Assembly: GCA_964412845.1 (NCBI GenBank)
Contig: CAYPQM010000002.1
Location: forward strand, 14,497-78,496
DNA from: an uncultured Streptosporangiaceae bacterium
GTDB lineage: Bacteria > Actinomycetota > Actinomycetes > Streptosporangiales > Streptosporangiaceae
DNA: 64,000 nt
Direction: 5' to 3'
In this document: positions 60,876 through 64,000 of the stretch, piece after piece
How the letters are laid out: every line of letters begins with the position of its first letter
Numbering within the stretch: the first letter of the stretch is position 1
The notes under the pieces: generated by a model
Databases searched by the model: none
What the model saw: only the letters and a program-made list of their open reading frames with translations
Told to the model about the DNA's origin: nothing
Position numbers and translations under genes: made by a program

Positions 60876-62474
60876 TCAGGACCAGGGCGAGTCGGTGGTA
60901 ACGGCGCCGGGCCGGGCGGTGGGGGTGTCGTCGTCGAACCAGTTGCCGTGGTCGGGCGGCGTGGGGACGGCGAAATGGCCGAGGAGGGTGTATGAGGTGT
61001 GGCCGAGTGGTTCTTCCGGCGGGGCGTCGAGGATCGGGAACTCCGGGCCTCCGCCGATGCCCATCAGGAGGTAGCGGGCGGCGTCGTACCAGTGGTCGGG
61101 GGCGTCGGTGTTGACGTCCTCGGGCCGTTTCGGGTCGCGTGGGAGGTCGGCCATGGTGGTCAGGAGCTTGGGGCAGGCTCCGTCGACGACGTGCAGCATC
61201 GGGCATGTCGCCCAGCCCATGGCGCGGTGGTGTGCGCAGGCCGGCGCTTCCTGCAGGTAGGTGTGCAGGCGGGCCTTGCCGCCGAGGCGGTCGTTGTCGC
61301 CGCGGCTCAGCGCGAGGCCTTCGGTGGCCATCTTGTCGGCGGGCGGCAGCGAGGATCCGGTCTTGCCCCACATCGCGGGGTCCGCGGACACCAGCGCGAT
61401 CCTCAGGCCGCGGTTGGCTTCCAGGATCTGCCGGGCCTGCTCGACCTCGGGGGTCTGGACCATGGTGATCTCGCGGTAGAACCACATGCGGCCGTCGGCG
61501 TCGCGTGCGGCGGCGAGGTAGACGGCCGGGGCGGCCCAGCCGTAGTCCATGCCGCCGTAGCGGATCCACTCGTCGGGGACGGTGAAGGGCGGGACCGTGA
61601 TGCGGTCGCGCTTCCAGTCGGGGAAGGCGGCGTCGGGCATGGCCGACCAGTCTCCGTCCCTGATCCGGGCCCGCAGGTCGGGGTCTGCGATGCCGGCGAG
61701 GGTCTTGGAGTAGTCGCCGACGTGGGGGTTGTCGGTCGCCTTGGCCGGGATGAAGATCCGGCGGCGTCCGGCCTCGTCGATGATCTCCTTGTTGCCGTAG
61801 TCGGTGGCGTCGACGTAGTTGGCCTTCACGACGCCGTGGCCGACGTGTCCGGGGTTGGATGCGGACCGTGCTCCCAGGCACGGCACCGTGGCGACGCCGG
61901 ACCGAATGCGGGTGTAGAGGAAGTCAACGACGTCCGGCGGCATGGTGGTTCGCTCGTCCAAGATCAGCATGTTGATCTCGGCGGAGGACAGCGACGACGC
62001 TTCCTGCAGGTTCTTGGCGTGGCCGAAGGTGAGGACGCTGTTCCCGAGCGCGCTGCGGAACCGGAGCTCGTACTTCGAGCCGTCCCAGCGGCCACCGATC
62101 CGGCGGGCGTAGCCGTACCGGGCCAGGGTGCGCAGGACGGACTGGTTGAGCTCGGGGAAGGAGCGCCGGAACCAGAAGATTTGGATGCCCGGGTACCGGA
62201 TGCAGGTCCGCAGTGCGAGCGCCAGCAGGGACCAGCTCTTTCCGCCGCCGCCGGCGCCGCCGTACAGGACGTCAAGGTCCTCATCCGGCAGCCCGAGGAA
62301 CTTCTCCTGCGGGCAGGTGCCGCAGTGGGCGGGCAGCTCGTGGGCGGGGACACCGGCGAGCTTGGCGAGCTCGCGCGGCTTGCAGACCGGTTCGAAGCCG
62401 AGCTCGGCGAAGACGTCGATCTCGACGTCTTCGACCTCGAGCCGGTCGGCGGCCTGGGCGAGGGCGGCGTCCAC
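60876..62474 (-). CDS. Terminase large subunit
   Basis: Walker A VLYGGAGGGGKSWS, Walker B-like NMLILDE and a C-terminal nuclease-type region. Confidence 0.95.
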   Translation of the reverse strand: MDAALAQAADRLEVEDVEIDVFAELGFEPVCKPRELAKLAGVPAHELPAHCGTCPQEKFLGLPDEDLDVLYGGAGGGGKSWSLLALALRTCIRYPGIQIFWFRRSFPELNQSVLRTLARYGYARRIGGRWDGSKYELRFRSALGNSVLTFGHAKNLQEASSLSSAEINMLILDERTTMPPDVVDFLYTRIRSGVATVPCLGARSASNPGHVGHGVVKANYVDATDYGNKEIIDEAGRRRIFIPAKATDNPHVGDYSKTLAGIADPDLRARIRDGDWSAMPDAAFPDWKRDRITVPPFTVPDEWIRYGGMDYGWAAPAVYLAAARDADGRMWFYREITMVQTPEVEQARQILEANRGLRIALVSADPAMWGKTGSSLPPADKMATEGLALSRGDNDRLGGKARLHTYLQEAPACAHHRAMGWATCPMLHVVDGACPKLLTTMADLPRDPKRPEDVNTDAPDHWYDAARYLLMGIGGGPEFPILDAPPEEPLGHTSYTLLGHFAVPTPPDHGNWFDDDTPTARPGAVTTDSPWS

Positions 62475-62487
62475 GCCTCACCCCCGG

Positions 62488-63354
62488 CTACGGTTCAGAA
62501 GGGGCGACGCGCAGTTTGGCGGCGGCGGCCTTCTTGGCGGCCAGGATCCGTTCCTTGTCCTGAACGCCGGCGGCGGCCAGCGCCGCGTCGATGGCGTCGA
62601 TGACGCGGTCGGCCTGGCTGGTGGTGATGGCGGCCAGGCGGTTGTCGATGTCGAGTCGGGCGTAGTCGGTCAGGAACTTTCCCAGCCGGTCCATGGCGCG
62701 CTCGTAGAGGACGACTTCGGCGCGCAGCTGCTCGCCGGAGCCGTCGCGGTAGCGCATGCCGCCGGCGCGCTCGTTGTCGCTGGCCTCGGCGTCGTCGTTG
62801 GCGACGCGCAGGAGCAGCTCGACGCGTTCCTGCATCAGTTCCATCCACGCCCGGGCCCGGCCGGCGACGGCGGCGAGCTCGGTGAGGGGGTTGTCCACCG
62901 GGGTGCCGACGAGGGTCCGGGCCTCCATCAGCAGCTCCCTCTCGGCGATGCGCCGCTTCGCGGCGACGACGGATTGGGGGGCCTTGCCGCCGTGGTAGTC
63001 GCAGACAGTCTGGCCGGGCTTGGCCCACTGGCGGCAGCGCTCGCCGCGGCGGTCGGTCCGCGTGGTGCCGCCGGTGATCTTGGCCGTGCAGCGGCGGTGG
63101 TCCGGCGGCGGGTTGCCCGGTTCGCGGTCCGGGTCGTGCGCCAGGCACCACGGGCCGGCGGTGGCGCGGGCGCCGCACGGCTGGCCGTCGACGTTCGTGC
63201 CCGGGCACCGCTGCTCGGGCGGGACGGTGGGCTTGGCGCGGTCGGGGTCGTGGACGTGGCAGAAGTCCTGGCCCCGGCGGGCCGGCCGCCGGCAGCGGGT
63301 GCCGTCCTTGGTCGGGGCCGTGCAGCGCAGCTCGTCAGACGGCGGGCGTTGCAT
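62488..63354 (-). CDS. Small-terminase-like protein with three N-terminal Cys/His zinc-ribbon-like repeats and a helical C-terminus
   Basis: RCTAPTKDGTRCRRPARRGQDFCHVH, RCPGTNVDGQPCGARATAGPWCLAH and RCTAK..GERCRQWAKPGQTVCDYH. Directly upstream of terL. Confidence 0.6.
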   Translation of the reverse strand: MQRPPSDELRCTAPTKDGTRCRRPARRGQDFCHVHDPDRAKPTVPPEQRCPGTNVDGQPCGARATAGPWCLAHDPDREPGNPPPDHRRCTAKITGGTTRTDRRGERCRQWAKPGQTVCDYHGGKAPQSVVAAKRRIAERELLMEARTLVGTPVDNPLTELAAVAGRARAWMELMQERVELLLRVANDDAEASDNERAGGMRYRDGSGEQLRAEVVLYERAMDRLGKFLTDYARLDIDNRLAAITTSQADRVIDAIDAALAAAGVQDKERILAAKKAAAAKLRVAPSEP

Positions 63355-64000
63355 GGTCGTCCGGCGGCATCGGGCGCAGGGCGGCCGGGAGGGGCTTGAA
63401 CGGCACCTCGACGTCCGTGGTCTCCGGCCAGCCGTGCTGGTTGAAGATCACCTGGCCGTGGGCGTCGCGGCGGATCATGGTGGCGTGCAGCAGCATCGTG
63501 CCGTCCGGGGCCGGGATGGGTGTCAGCTCGGTGACCCAGGCCATGTCAATGCCGTAGCCGGCGAGGAACTCGGCGATGGGGCCGGCGACGGCGACGTGCA
63601 TCGGCGGCGGGCCCGGGACCGGGACGGGGTCGATGATCCGCTTGGGCCGGTTCGGCGCGGGGTCGTCGGCGCGGCAGGCGCAGGTACCGAGGCCTTGGCA
63701 GTCCTCACGGTGGACGTGGTCGCACGTGGGCATCGCCCGGACCGGGGCTGCGTCGGCGCGGTCGTCGTGTGGCGCGCTGCGCCGAGCCCCGTTGGCCTTG
63801 GTGCACGGCCGGTCCGGTGCGGCGCCGCAGGTGGAGCAGGCCCCGACGCTGTCCTTCCACATCTCGCGGACCGCGGCGCCGAGTGGGTTGTCTGGCGTGG
63901 GATCGTCGTGCTCGTCGGCGCAGATCGCGTCGGCCTCGTGGTCGTAGCAGGTATAGACCGCCTGGTGGGCGATGCCGTCGATCGGCCTCAGCGCGTCCGG
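63335..64000 (-). CDS. Hypothetical protein with a CxxC-x-AAP...C motif, possibly 5'-truncated by the window edge
   Basis: Track ORF 63335..63862. By hand translation the same frame stays open to position 64000 (..YTCYDHEADAICADEHDD..). Confidence 0.55.
   Translation of the reverse strand, partial: PDALRPIDGIAHQAVYTCYDHEADAICADEHDDPTPDNPLGAAVREMWKDSVGACSTCGAAPDRPCTKANGARRSAPHDDRADAAPVRAMPTCDHVHREDCQGLGTCACRADDPAPNRPKRIIDPVPVPGPPPMHVAVAGPIAEFLAGYGIDMAWVTELTPIPAPDGTMLLHATMIRRDAHGQVIFNQHGWPETTDVEVPFKPLPAALRPMPPDDHATPAV

Larger units (their letters stand above)
1386..64000 (-). mobile_element. Temperate siphovirus-like actinophage genome segment (early arm, immunity/int/attP, cargo island, lysis, tail, head, packaging)
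   Basis: Contiguous, colinear phage modules: TerL, portal, MuF, capsid, tape measure, GH25 lysin, tyrosine integrase, repressor/operators, RusA, recombination pair. Tightly packed overlapping genes. Confidence 0.85.

Overview
This window is high-GC, actinomycete-type DNA (Streptomyces-like codon usage, judged by eye). Almost all of it is one temperate siphovirus-like phage genome, transcribed mainly on the minus strand.

Gene order, reading the minus strand from 64000 downwards:
- Packaging: a zinc-ribbon small-terminase-like gene and the large terminase.
- Head: portal, MuF-like protein, scaffold/protease-like protein and major capsid protein.
- Head-tail joining genes.
- Tail: major tail protein, G/T chaperones, tape measure, a 932-aa tail protein and a C1q-like tip.
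- HNH nuclease and lysis cassette: GH25 endolysin, a holin-like protein and a collagen-like membrane protein, closed by a strong terminator at about 39.4 kb.
- A 5-kb cargo island at 34.0-39.4 kb: HxlR-like regulator, cytochrome P450, HFCD flavoprotein and an XRE-TPR regulator.
- Tyrosine integrase, an apparently intact attP, a repressor and a divergent operator region.
- A long early arm from 31.6 kb down to about 1.4 kb.

The attP has a core matching a tRNA T-arm and 3' acceptor, flanked on both sides by TCTGGTGCAC repeats. The early arm carries:
- Xis-like and Cro-like genes and a RecE/SSAP-like recombination pair.
- An ECF sigma factor, a GntR regulator, a C5 DNA methyltransferase and RusA.
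- A replication initiator whose gene contains an iteron array, and a DnaB-like ATPase.
- A LuxR-headed operon with three tandem paralogs of an uncharacterised family.
- Three proteins with RNAP alpha-CTD-like domains.
- A lipoprotein, a NodC/HasA-type GT2 synthase and a NUDIX hydrolase.

The gene order around int-attP is the vegetative one, not split into attL and attR. The element is therefore not integrated through this site within the window.

Many genes start at GTG in 4-nt GTGA or ATGA overlaps with the upstream stop codon. The many long plus-strand ORFs in the track are antisense shadows of minus-strand genes.

All functional calls come from motif recognition by eye; no searches were run.
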